Assembly: GCA_951406725.2 (NCBI GenBank) | Contig: OX597824.1 | Location: 58,962,001-59,026,000, forward strand | Length of the DNA stretch: 64,000 bases | Direction: 5' to 3' | Origin: Octopus vulgaris | Taxonomy: Eukaryota | In this document: in pieces, positions 12,715 through 24,530 of the stretch | How the letters are laid out: the number at the start of each line of letters is the position of its first letter | Position numbering within the stretch: the first letter of the stretch is position 1 | Program-made: the position numbers and the translations under genes | Notes under the pieces: model-generated | Database searches by the model: none | Seen by the model: the letters and a program-made list of their open reading frames with translations, nothing else | Told to the model about the DNA's origin: nothing

Positions 12715-15660
12715 GTTCGGAACAAATCAGATACTATTCTACGCGACACTGGATGGAGGAAACATGGAAGATGCAGTGTTACCTGATCCCACATAAGCAA
12801 ATCGCTTTAGAGCAAGATTTGGTTAGAGAATGTTAAACACAACAGGGCACCCTCGTTTCATGAAGTGGAAGCAGAATTGTTTGACATAGAGATTCAAGAG
12901 AACATTACTACCACGTTGAAAAATATACAAGCAGGAGTTAGTAAGATGAGAAATTGGAAGGTAGTTGGCTCGGACCTAGTTCAAGGTCTTTGGTTCAAGA
13001 CTGATGAATTTACATCCTAAACTCCAAAAGCTCCTGCAAGGCTGTGTACACTAAGGAATTGTACCAGAATGGATGGTCAAAAGAAAAACTGTGTTGATTC
13101 AGAAGGACCAGACCAAGAGGGTCATGACCAGTAACTATAGTCCGATTGCTTGTTTGCCTATATGTGGAAGCTTCTAATAGGAATAATGGCAAAAAACTTG
13201 TACGACCTTTTGGAAAGAAATGAACTGTGAGCAGATGAATAGAAAGGAAGAGATCACAGGAACAAAGGATCAGTTGCTGAAAGATAAAGCAATTTGAAGA
13301 ATTGTCGAAAGCTGACATTGGCTTGGATTGACTGTAAGGAAGCACATATGGTTCTTCACTAGTAGATTCTAAAATGCCTGGAGATGGCCGGAGCAGCTAA
13401 AAATAGACAATATGGAGAATTGGAAATATTGCTATAGTAAAAGGAAGGGAAATTGGACAAGTCGCTATCAAAAGAGGAATCATGCAAGGAGATTGTCGGG
13501 ATCCGGACCTAAGCTCCCATTGGACAAAAGCCCATCGGAAAAAAAGCCTCATAGTTCAAGTGTGAAAGTGGACAAAAGCCCTCCGGTTATATTTTTCGGT
13601 TATTTCTTCCGTTTTTTTTTTCCTTTTGACTTGTTGCAGTCATTAGACTGTGGCCATGTTGGAACACAACTTTCTAGGAATTTTTAGTCGAATGTATCGA
13701 CCCCAGAATCCCTTTTAGGTGATTTTCAACCAGTACATGAAGTTAAGCCTAGAAGGTTTCTCCAGATGCTAGAAATAACCAAATCTTTAAAAAGATTTCT
13801 TTTCATAATTTCACGTAAACAACAACAGAAATCGCAGTTATATAAAAAAAAACTTTTATTTTCCAAAATTCCAATTTTTAAGTAAGCAAAATATATTCAA
13901 TTGAAAATAAATAAGTAGAACAGAATAACAGAACTCAATTCTCTTTGCTACTGAATGTACATATTGTCTGAATTCTAACAAAAGGTAAAGCATCAACTTC
14001 AAGAAATGTGTAGAAACATAAAAACGATAAGAAGTGCCATAATTCTGTTAGACCTTCAACGGCCGGCGAAAGCTCATTTTCATTAATCTGTAAGTGCTGA
14101 GAGAAGAAAATAAAAGATTAAATTTAAATTTCAAAATGCTGATTTTTCTGCAACTAAAAATTCTTCAAGGCGGTGCCCCAGCATGGCCGCAGTCTAATAA
14201 CTGCAACAAGCAAACATTTAAAAAATTCTCGCGACGATACATTCTACTAAGAATTCTTCAAGGTGGTGCAGTCAAATTACGGTAGCAACGGGTAAAAATG
14301 AAAAAAATTCGACTAAAAATTCTTCAAGGTGGTGCCCCAGCATGACCGCAGTCTAATAACTGCAACAAGTAGAAGTAAAAAACAATTCTGGGGTCGATAC
14401 GTTCAACTAAAAATTGTTCAAGGTGTTGCCCTAGCATGGCCACAGTCTAATGACTGAAACAAGTAAAAGATGAAAAAAAAAACCCGAAAAATATAACCGT
14501 GGGGATTTTGTTCGAGTGGCTTTTGTCCGCGGGGCTTTTGTCTTATGGGGATTTTGTCCTACACTCGACCCTGTGACCCCTGCTTTTTATTATTAATATT
14601 TTACCGATCTCTACGGTTTTGAATATAGGAACTGCTTACATACTACAGAAGAACATAAGACCAATTAGCCACCCGCTGTTCATGGACGATTTCATGTTTT
14701 ACGGAACTAGCAGAGGTCAACTGAATTCCTCTATTCAGGCTGTATTAAATTCTCTCACATGAGATCCAGATGGTATTTGATGTAAATAAACTCACTGTTT
14801 TAGAAATGAGGAGAGAACATTAAATAGACAGCAGGGGAGTACAACTTCCAGATAAAAGGAATTATTTCTTCTGAATATACCAAAAAAGTAAAAAGCTACG
14901 TAAACCCAAGCTGAATGAAGGAAATCTGATTAGAAGCATCAACGTTTGAGCTGTAGGTGTAGTATGCTGCTTCGTAGAAGTTGTGGAATGGACAAAAGAA
15001 GCACAGGTCAACATGGATAGTAAAGCTAGAACAATGGTTCGAGCTAGATTCCTTCGTACTAGATGTAACTTAATGAGGCTTTTCTTACCTTAAAAGGAAA
15101 GTGGAATAGGGTTGGTTGTAATAGAGGATAATATTAAGAAATAGAGATGGAAGAATGTTGCTGGCGGTAAAGAATGTTGAGTATGGGCTAGAATGTTCCA
15201 ACAAACCTTCGCTAGTAGCAGTCAATGATCAGGTGAAACTCACATGGGATATGTCAATCTACACAGAGAGCTTTAACATAACTGACTAGATATCACTCCC
15301 CTACGGAAAGTGTTCAAAGAATGAATCTTTATCAACGTAGCAAAACCTGCAGACCAGAATATTGTGAAGACAGAGAAGTCGAAAAGTACCAAGACCTAGC
15401 ACTGGAAGTGAAAGGTATCCATAGAGCCTCAAAAGCGAGCGAAATACCTATTGTGACCGGAGCACTTGAGACCATATCAAAGAAAGCAATATTTTGGCAT
15501 GAAAAGCTGCAAATATTAAATTTCATAGGAAGTACACAGTTGGCAGTAATACTTGAAACGGCAAGTGTTTAGAAAAGTGTTGTATCTCTCCAAGATGCGG
15601 GATGGAGCTGAGACGCGACATCGATAACTCAGAAGAAGAAAGGGAAAGGGGAACATCAAC
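12715..15660 (+). mobile_element. Highly decayed R4/Dong LINE, interrupted by a foldback element
   Basis: KRGIMQGD at about 13470-13493, ISHPLFMDD at about 14665-14690, and ORF 15321-15572 (KYQDLALEV...IPIVTGALETI). Many stops and deletions. Confidence 0.85.
13495..14569. mobile_element. Foldback/MITE-like non-autonomous DNA element with long inverted arms
   Basis: Left GGACAAAAGCCC repeats and CGGTTATATTTTTCGG; right CCGAAAAATATAACCG and GGGGCTTTTGTC repeats. Splits the LINE QGD-x-LSP motif. Confidence 0.8.
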
Positions 15661-15694
15661 AATAATAATATTTGCTATTATTGTTATCATTGTT

Positions 15695-16198
15695 AAGGCG
15701 GCGAGCTGGCAGAATCCTTAGCACGCAAAATACTTAGCGGTATTTCGTCTGCCGTTAAGTACCATTTACGCACTAGGGTCGATATAATCGACTTAATCCG
15801 TTTGTCTGTCCTTGATTGTCCTCTCTGTGTTTAGCCCCTTGTGGGTAGTAAAGAAATAGATATTTCGTCTGTCTTTACGTTCTGAGTTAAAATTCCTCCG
15901 AGGTTGACTTTGCCTTTCGGGGTCGATTAAATAAGTACCAGTTACGCACTGGGGTCGATATAATTGACTTAATCCGTTTGTCTGTCCTTGTTTGTACTCT
16001 CTGTATTTAGCCCCTTGTGGGTAGTAAACAAATAGGTATTTCGACCGTCTTTTACGCTCTGAGTTCAAATTTCGCCGAGGTCGATTTGCATTTTATCCTT
16101 TCGGGGTCAGTGGAATAAGTACCAGTTATGCATTGGAGTCGATATAATCGACTACCCCTCCCCCAAAGTTTCAGGCCTTGTGCATTTAGTAGAATGGA
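15695..16198 (+). mobile_element. Composite family A SINE: one head, three bodies, two tail types
   Basis: Bodies restart at G(G/A)TATTTCG at 15739, 15859 and 16035. The first two end GCCCCTTGTGGGTAGTAAA(G/C)AAATA; the last ends CCCCTCCCCCAAAGTTTCAGGCCTTGTG. Confidence 0.9.
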
Positions 16199-17571
16199 TT
16201 ATCATTGTTGTTGTTGCTACTGTTATTACGATGGTGGTGATTTAAAATTAACTTGGCTGATATTTCTTGCAGATCACATGACCGCACAGATTATTTTTTA
16301 TTGGCTGTAAAGTAGATGTTTGTAGTAGTGTCAGTGGAGGAAATACAAGTGATAATGACAAGAAGGGGGAGGGAGAGAAGGAGGAGGAGGGTCACGACGT
16401 GCACTTTGACAACTATGATATAAACATATTTATATTTAATTTCAAACTGATGTTGAATAAAAATTTAAGAGAAGCAAAGAAAACCAAAAAACAAACAAGC
16501 AAAAAATGAAAACCACATAAAAACTGTGCTAACTTGGTTCCTTGAACAAAGCCGATATAAACAGGAACTATTAAATTTCAGTTTGGAAATCTCACCATTA
16601 GAAATGTTAAGCGTTGCTCAGGCTGAATGCCATCCGTTTTGGTAGTGGTGTTTCTTAAAACCACCTCCATCTACTCTGATGGGTAACCATTAGAGGAGGA
16701 AGTGCTAAAGATGAAACAAAATAGGCATTGTTTTCTTCAAGTCCATGGCACAGTGGTAATGATAATGTCGTCAACATTTGTTATAACAACAGTAACAACA
16801 ACGAAGACGACAAAAGGTTCTTGCTAATAATAAGAACAATAAGTGCAACAACAACTATCAAAGTGGTTATGATGAATACAATCGCTTTCGTTATAACATT
16901 CTATCACGCGATGAATCAAAATAATAATAATATTAATAATCTCTTTGTCTCAAAGCCGATGGATGAGGGGAAACTACGTGGATACGTTATATAAAAGAGT
17001 GGAATGAGGAGGAGATTACACAGAAGCGCTTATGAAAAACAAAGGCATGGAAAAAATAGGAAATAAGATATTACAATAAGGGACAACTATCTAGGGGTGA
17101 TCAAACATCACCCCACAGATGCGTAATTACTCTACCAAGAGTATGTCCCCACTGTTAACTTTATTTCCCGGTTTACAGGTACCTATAGAGTGAAGGGTAT
17201 TTAGTGTGTACCCTTGCAACCAGCTATCGACAAATTTATTCGAGGAGAGAACCTCACTTAAACAGGAAGGTCCACTGAAAGCTGAAAAAGTTTGCGTGAT
17301 CTTGGCTGAAGTGGATGATAACTGTCTTCAATCCTTTCAGTTCTGTCCAATATAAAATCTTCCATGGGAAGTTTTGTCCATAATGTTCCGAGACTGACCG
17401 TCTACGTAGAGAACAGTTTCGCCCCCCCTGTTGACGTCCTTAACCAGCTATTGCTTCCCTCTGATAGCATTAACAGACGAAGTATTTCTGGAAGTTGTCA
17501 AAGCTCGTAGACCCGGTTCTCATAAAGTGAGGTATTACTTAGGTGTATGTGTGTTTGTATGTATATATATT

Positions 17572-17625
<54 letters not shown>

Positions 17626-17715
17626 TATACATATATACATATACATATATGTATATATCACACACCCAGGGGGTGTATGTGTGTGCGTGCGTACGTGCAT
17701 ATGTGTGTGTGTGTA

Positions 17716-18794
17716 ACGTTAGGAGACTCCGATTTGCTCAGAATTCATCCGCGTATTACTATCAATTGCGAAAAACTGTGGCCGACCTTACGACCGCTGT
17801 TTTTCCCGATCTGCACATGAACTACCAAAGCCTGAATTAGCTGTGCGAAAGAGCCATATTAGCTCCCAAAAACATATTTGTTGTGAAACTCAATGAAGAC
17901 CTACTGCGAAGCCTTCCTAGAAACCTTCACACCTATAAGTCTGTGGACACTGTTGTGGACCAAGTAAAGGCCGTTAATTTTCCCACAGAATTCCTCAATT
18001 CCTTGGACCCCTCCGGACTACCGCCTCATCAACTGCACCTCAAAATTCGAGCTCCGGTCATGCTGCTGAAGAACCTGGAGCCACCACGTCTGTGCAATTG
18101 AACGTGGTTAGTGGTAAAAAATGTGCTGCCTCATGTTATTGAAGCAACAATTGTTACGGGTTGCGGCATCGGAGACGTCTTTATACCCAGGATACCTATT
18201 ACTCCATCAGATAATCAATGCCACAAAAAAAACATTTTCGTGTTCGTCCCGAAAGCCAAAACAGAAAGTGTCGTCTACCGTGAAGTGCTGTAAGCCGTTC
18301 AACATGCCGCAACTTTCCTGCCGAACCGGCTTATGGTGAGTGAGTACTATTGTTGCCATTCTTTCAAAATTAACTGTTTTTATAAGTCTTTCTTTTTATA
18401 TTTTGTCCACTACAGCTTCTCAATCTCCTTGCAGATGGCTAGCGTTTTGGCATCACTGCACTAACTGCTTTTTATGTCAACGAAAAAGGACATTTATACC
18501 TGTGAACGGTTAACAATTCTTTTCAGGGCTATTGTGAGACCGATAACACGGCCCTTTTCAGGGTCACTTTACATTCAATTGTTGCACCCCCAGCGATGCT
18601 CTTGTGGCTTCTCCAAGGCTTTTCACCCTGTTGTTACAACTTTATTAATGCTCTATGAGAAAAATCACTTTTTCTTCAATCTCAATGTTTGCATCTTAAC
18701 GCAAAAAATATTCAAAGAGATGTACAACGAAAAAATGGCAGAATTTCTTAAGACCATTGTCGAATATTTAATACCCGAGCAACGCCGGGTACGC

Positions 18795-18799
<5 letters not shown>
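17716..18799 (+). mobile_element. Helitron 3' fragment (PIF1-like helicase pseudogene and terminal hairpin)
   Basis: ERAILAPKN...[40 protein letters not shown]...VFIPRIP...VVYREVL. 3' hairpin TACCCGAGCAACGCCGGGTA followed by CGCCTCTA. Confidence 0.92.
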
Positions 18800-18872
<73 letters not shown>

Positions 18873-19065
18873 ATGTATATATATATATATATGTGTGTAT
18901 GTATATATATATATATATCACTGGGTTTTTTTCATCAGCAGCGTCAATTTTTACAATTCTGTAAATAATAATAATAGTATTTTATAAGCTTAAAGTTTAC
19001 AATGACTAAAGAAAATAGTGTAATAATGGGACATATAAACCCTCGATGGAAAAATGTAAGTTTTC

Positions 19066-19125
19066 TCGTACGCGTGGGATTCGAACCCACATCTTTTATG
19101 ACAAGTGAGCTAACCATTTACACTA
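19066..19125 (-). pseudogene. Degenerate tRNA-derived sequence (SINE head or tRNA pseudogene)
   Basis: Reverse strand TAGTGTAAATGGTTAGC...GTGGGTTCGAATCCCAC (A and B boxes); anticodon arm missing. Confidence 0.55.
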
Positions 19126-19207
19126 GTGTACACGTCGGTAGATATATAAGTGTGTGTATGTGTGTGTGTATTGTGTGTGCGCGTTTGCGTATGCATGTAT
19201 ATAAGTA

Positions 19208-19347
19208 CAGTAATGCCTTGATATACGAGTTAATTAATTCCTGGAGAACGCTCGTAAAGCAAAAACTCGTAAACGGGAAATAAAACTCGCAAAAGCTCGT
19301 AAAGCCGGTACTCATAAACCGGGTACTCGTAAAGTGAGGAATTACTG
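19208..19347. mobile_element. Tigger/pogo-like MITE
   Basis: TA-CAGTAATGCCTTGATATACGAG ... CTCGTAAAGTGAGGAATTACTG-TA; internal ACTCGTAAA repeats. Confidence 0.85.
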
Positions 19348-19359
19348 TATGTGTGTGTT

Positions 19360-19422
<63 letters not shown>

Positions 19423-20215
19423 GTATGAATATAGATTTATAGATAATGTGTTCAGTCACGTGTTCTGAAACATAGGCAGCTATGCAAAACCTACGTAATT
19501 TTACTGCTGTAGTTAGATATAGGCGAAAATATTTCTTTTTCTTCCTTGATTCAGAGAAGAAAATACGATGGAAAGAGGGAAACAAAGAAAGAAACAAAGA
19601 AACAAAGAAAGAAGAAAGAAAGAAAGACAGGAAGGAAGGAAGGAAAGAAGGAAGAAAGAAAGAAAGAACCTAGCAAACAAACAAAGGAAAAGAAAAGGGA
19701 AATGGAAAACAAAAAACAGCATAAACCCTTTTCTTCCTCACCTCCAAAATAAATAAATAAATAAAAGCTGCTGAAATCAGGAAAAGTTAAAGTAATTTCT
19801 GCCATACAAGAAGAAGAATAGAAAACATTTAACGAAGTGAATTGTGGGAGTTATAGATGCGGGCTAATCTTTGACTTCGCTGTTTCTTTTAGTCTTTAAT
19901 TTCCTTTAGAAGGTGTCTGGTTACATGAAATGGATGCAGGAGCAATCGGGCCTTTAGTTACGTTGTCTGCATCCATGCCGGTCCACCTGTCGGCCTGCCC
20001 GACATCGGGCGTCTCTATAATCTACGTGCTTTCCAGTAATTCACGTGCTTGCGCGCGCGCGCGTACTAGTGTACATGAGTGTATGTGTGTGTGTTAGTGC
20101 TTGTGTGTGTGCATGTGTGTGTGCATGTGTGTGTGATTGTGTATGAGCATATATACATACACAAGCATATACTTCATACATGTGTGTTTTGTATAAACGC
20201 GCGCACACACACAAA

Positions 20216-20366
<151 letters not shown>

Positions 20367-20369
20367 AAG

Positions 20370-20820
20370 TGGTAAGACAACAAAAGAATGAAAGAGATCT
20401 CGATATTATGTAAATAGAGGAATTTATCTGTAAATGTAATATGTGACAATTAATCGGTAGCCATGATAAAACTCCGAGTTTCGAATGTCGGGGTGGAAAT
20501 TCACGCTGCCATCACTTCATCGGAAAAAATGCTATGAAAATGACCATTAAACAATGGGAAACTACTCTGTGATTGACCGTTATTAAGAAAAAAGAGCTAT
20601 TTAGACAAAGAGCTCAATAGATCATTCAAATAGTTCTTTTGTCTTAATAACGGTCAATCACACAGTAAGTTCCCTTTGTTTAACGGTCATTTTCATAACA
20701 TTTTTTGCCGATGGTCGGATAACTGAAGAGATGGCAGCGTGGATTTCCACCCCGACATCCGAAACTCAGGAGTTTTATCATGGCTACCGAATAATTGTCA
20801 CATATTACATTTACAGATAT
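20370..20820. mobile_element. Non-coding palindromic element carrying a hammerhead (PLE pseudo-LTR/retrozyme-like)
   Basis: Inverted arms about 20415-20602 and 20627-20818; flanked by microsatellites; homologous to 23262-23880. Confidence 0.8.
20718..20779 (+). ncRNA. Type I hammerhead ribozyme motif
   Basis: GATAA-CTGAAGA-GATG...CATC-C-GAAA-CTC AG GAG-TT-TTATC: stem I, core, stem II, GAAA, short stem III, GUU site. Confidence 0.75.
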
Positions 20821-21009
20821 ATATATATATATACGTTTAAATATTTGTTGTGCAAGATTTTTTATGTGAAGTCGTGTGTTGAAACAGATATTGTTATATT
20901 TCGGAATGGTCATATTGCCAGTTTAGCCAATAAAAACACACGCACTATATATTTGGTGTTATTTTGCTTCAGTGATATTTATTTTTTACATTAATCTTAA
21001 TCTTATTTC

Positions 21010-21054
21010 GGCCAAAGTTCTTTCGTCACACTCCTGTGACCGCATCAGTGGTCC
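21010..21054 (-). ncRNA. Minimal hammerhead motif in inverted pseudo-LTR
   Basis: Reverse complement of 22290-22334. Confidence 0.65.
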
Positions 21055-21250
21055 TTTGTTTTCTTCTCACTTATTTGTGTCTCTCCTTACTAACCGTCAG
21101 CCATGAAGAAATTTGATAATATATTATGTAATGATAGGAATGGGATTTGCCCAATCTATAGGAACAAGTCATGGAACACTATAGAAAGGACAAAAAAAGA
21201 AAATAGGGAAGGCCAACTCTTGGTATGATAGCCATAAATACCAGAGTGTC

Positions 21251-21784
21251 ATGTTCGTTGACACCACCCCAGGAGGTGAACTGGCGTACCGCTTTAGAAG
21301 GACCCTAGATAAACTTAAACTAAGAATTAAGGTTGTTGAAAAGCCAGGCAACCCTATCAGATCTATAATTGGTAGAACCTATCCTTTTAGTAGAACCCTC
21401 TGTACGGATAACTATTGCACTGTATGTAGATTTAGCCCACAAACAAACTGTAAAGCCAGAAATGTAGTCTATAGTATAAGATGTATAGAGGGACGATGCA
21501 GTAACGAGACAGTAACATACGTAGGGGAAACAGCAAGAAGCATTGGAGAGCGGGTGAATGCACATTGGAGACAACTCAAGGAAGGTAAAAGCTCATCGAT
21601 TCTGTACCAACACGCCGAACAGGAACACGGGGGATCAATCAATAACATAGAGATTAAAATATTGTCCACACATAGAACAGATGCAACAATTAGACAAATT
21701 ACAGAAGCTACACATATAATAGAAAATAAACCTAGCCTGAATAGAAAACTAGAATGGAGCAATAGCACACACCACAACATATGA
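21251..21784 (+). CDS. Penelope GIY-YIG endonuclease domain (C-terminal part of PLE ORF; no RT)
   Basis: CTDNYCTVC...[12 protein letters not shown]...[16 protein letters not shown]...HAEQEH...RQITEATHI; open for 177 codons. Confidence 0.9.
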   Translation: MFVDTTPGGELAYRFRRTLDKLKLRIKVVEKPGNPIRSIIGRTYPFSRTLCTDNYCTVCRFSPQTNCKARNVVYSIRCIEGRCSNETVTYVGETARSIGERVNAHWRQLKEGKSSSILYQHAEQEHGGSINNIEIKILSTHRTDATIRQITEATHIIENKPSLNRKLEWSNSTHHNI

Positions 21785-21872
21785 CGATAGAGGATCCTGA
21801 AAACATAATAAATACACAGATAAATAAACAGATAGAAATGAATAACTATATATATGTATATATATCTATGTA

Positions 21873-21933
<61 letters not shown>

Positions 21934-22289
21934 GTGTATATATGTGTGTATATATATATATTTTTTTTTTTTCGATTAGATTTATTATTATTATTACTAA
22001 TATTGTTGTTATACATACATACAAGCATATGTAATGATAATAATGGGTGGATGTAAACACATGAACAAAATTAGAACAAAAGCAACAACAACAAAAACAA
22101 AATACAAATTACAAGAATGTATATAAACAGAAGATACAGATATTACAGGCATCCCCCCCCACACACACACACTAAATAAACATAGACGCACATAGAGATA
22201 TAAGCATGCGCAAATGAAGACATGCAATAGAAATACAAAATGGCTGACGGTTAGTAAGGAGAGACACAAATAAGTGAGAAGAAAACAAA

Positions 22290-22334
22290 GGACCACTGAT
22301 GCGGTCACAGGAGTGTGACGAAAGAACTTTGGCC
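22290..22334 (+). ncRNA. Minimal hammerhead motif in pseudo-LTR (CUGAUGC variant)
   Basis: CCA-CTGATGC-G-GTCAC AGGAGT GTGAC-GAAA-G AA C-TT-TGG. Confidence 0.65.
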
Positions 22335-22444
22335 GAAATAAGATTAAGATTAATGTAAAAAATAAATATCACTGAAGCAAAATAACACCAAATATATAGT
22401 GCGTGTGTTTTTATTGGCTAAACTGGCAATATGACCATTCCGAA

Positions 22445-22561
<117 letters not shown>

Positions 22562-22851
22562 TATATATGTGTGTGTATACATAAACGCACACACAGGCAC
22601 ACACAACACACATATATATACATGTGTGAGTGTGTGTGTAGTGCACGTTGTTGTTAATGACGATTAAAATACAAAAGAAAAGTAAACAAGAGAAAATATT
22701 TTTACTAGTGAGTATATTCTTATGTAAACAAACCCAACACGCATACACACAAACACTCTCTCTACCTTTCTCTCTCACTCACTCACAAGTTTACATACAT
22801 GCATACACACATACATGCATACATACATACATACATACATACATACATACA

Positions 22852-22930
<79 letters not shown>

Positions 22931-22982
22931 AAATGGCTGACGGTTAGTAAGGAGAGACACAAGTAAGTGAGAAGAAAACAAA

Positions 22983-23027
22983 GGACTACTGATGCGGTCA
23001 CAGGAGTGTGACGAAAGAACTTTGGCC
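22983..23027 (+). ncRNA. Minimal hammerhead motif in second 3' pseudo-LTR
   Basis: Same as 22290 with one stem I change (C to T, giving a G-U pair). Confidence 0.65.
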
Positions 23028-23141
23028 GAAATAAGATTAAGATTAATGTAAAAAATAAATATCACTGAAGCAAAATAACACCAAATATATAGTGCGTGTG
23101 TTTTTATTGGCTAAACTGGCAATATGACCATTCCGAAATAT

Positions 23142-23179
<38 letters not shown>

Positions 23180-23261
23180 GTACATCTAATATAGGATAAC
23201 ATTTTTCGAAAAAAATAAATTTTATCAATGGCTAGCATACTAAAAAATACCTTTAAAGGTT

Positions 23262-23705
23262 AAAACGCTATGAAAAAATACCGTTATATAAAGGGAAATC
23301 ACTGTATTATAATTCTGCTCGCGAACCCACGTGCGTACTTATACGTCACTATGAAAACGTACACATCTTCACTCGCATTTTTCGCCAAATATATACGCAT
23401 ATATATACGACCTCATACACACTCACATGCGTACCGTAAAAGTTCATACATACGTCTATACACGTACAAACGCAAGAAACCATGTTTTTTCTTGTGTTTG
23501 TGCGTATATAGACGTATGTATGAACTTTTACGGTACGCATGTGTGTATGTACGAGGTCGTATACATATGCGTATATATTTGGCGAAAAATGCGAGTGAAG
23601 ATGTGTACGTTTTCATAGTGACGTATAAGTACGCACGTGGGTTCGCGAGCAGAATTATAATACAGTGATTTCCCTTTATATAACGGTATTTTTTCATAGC
23701 GTTTT
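23262..23705. repeat. About 444-bp near-perfect palindrome
   Basis: The ORF track shows mirror ORFs (23270 + and 23413 -). Centre near 23483; mismatches only in the inner part. Confidence 0.97.
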
Positions 23706-23716
23706 TCAGATGGCCA

Positions 23717-23777
23717 GATAACCGAAGAGATGGTGTTGTGGATTTCCACTTCGGCATCTGAAACTCAGAGTTTTATC
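23717..23777 (+). ncRNA. Hammerhead motif with core mutation (CCGAAGA)
   Basis: GATAA-CCGAAGA-GATG...CATC-T-GAAA-CTC A GAG-TT-TTATC; homologous to 20718-20779. Confidence 0.6.
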
Positions 23778-23877
23778 TTGACTATTGAGTAATGTAACAT
23801 ATTATTTTATAGATAAATTTCCTCTATTTACATAATATTGAGGTCTCTTTCTTTCTTTTGTTATCTCACCGTTTTTA

Positions 23878-23949
<72 letters not shown>

Positions 23950-24234
23950 ATACATGATTTGATTCACCTTAACTAACAGTGGTCACTTGAGGAAGTTTCT
24001 TGGTATGAAAATGTTTTAGACTTCCAATAAAGTAACCAGACGAACAGTATAATCTGCGTATGCTACGAAACTGTTAGTAGGGGCCGGTGTTGAGTTCAAC
24101 CAACCAAATTAAATTAATATAGTACTTTTTACAGTATTGAATACTCTCTTTGGCTCGATTTACTATTTAGAAAGGTGTAATCTTTATTAACTTGTGAATG
24201 AGTTTGTGTGTGGGGTGTGGGGCTGTAGAGTTAA

Positions 24235-24530
24235 GGTGCGTTGTTCAATGGTTGGGGTATTCGGCTAACGATCGTAAAGTCGTGAGTTCAATTCCTTGAG
24301 TAAGACACTTTATTTCACCTTGCTCCAATCCACTCAGCTGCTGAGTAGTACCTGTATTTCAAAGGGCTAGTGTTATCACAGTGTATGTTACACTGAATCT
24401 CTCTGGGAACAACGTTAAGGGTACGCCTGTTTCTGGAATACTCAGCCACTTGCATTTTAATTTCACGAGCAAGCTGTTCCATTGATTAGATCGAATGAAA
24501 CTCGCTGCGTTGCAACCGACGAAGTACTAG
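24235..24530 (+). mobile_element. tRNA-derived SINE, family C
   Basis: GTGAGTTCAATTCC B-box, then CCTTGAGTAAGACACTTTATTTCACCTTGCTCCAATCCACTCAGCTG central domain; (TATG)n follows. Confidence 0.75.

Noticed and set aside
14150-14470. Spaced direct repeats resembling a CRISPR array
   Set aside because: They are SINE tail copies; irregular spacing, eukaryotic context, no cas genes.
17030-17540. Complex non-repetitive block
   Set aside because: No ORF, motif or second copy that I could identify.
23270-23757. Mirror ORFs of 132 and 114 aa
   Set aside because: By-product of the palindrome; no domain similarity.
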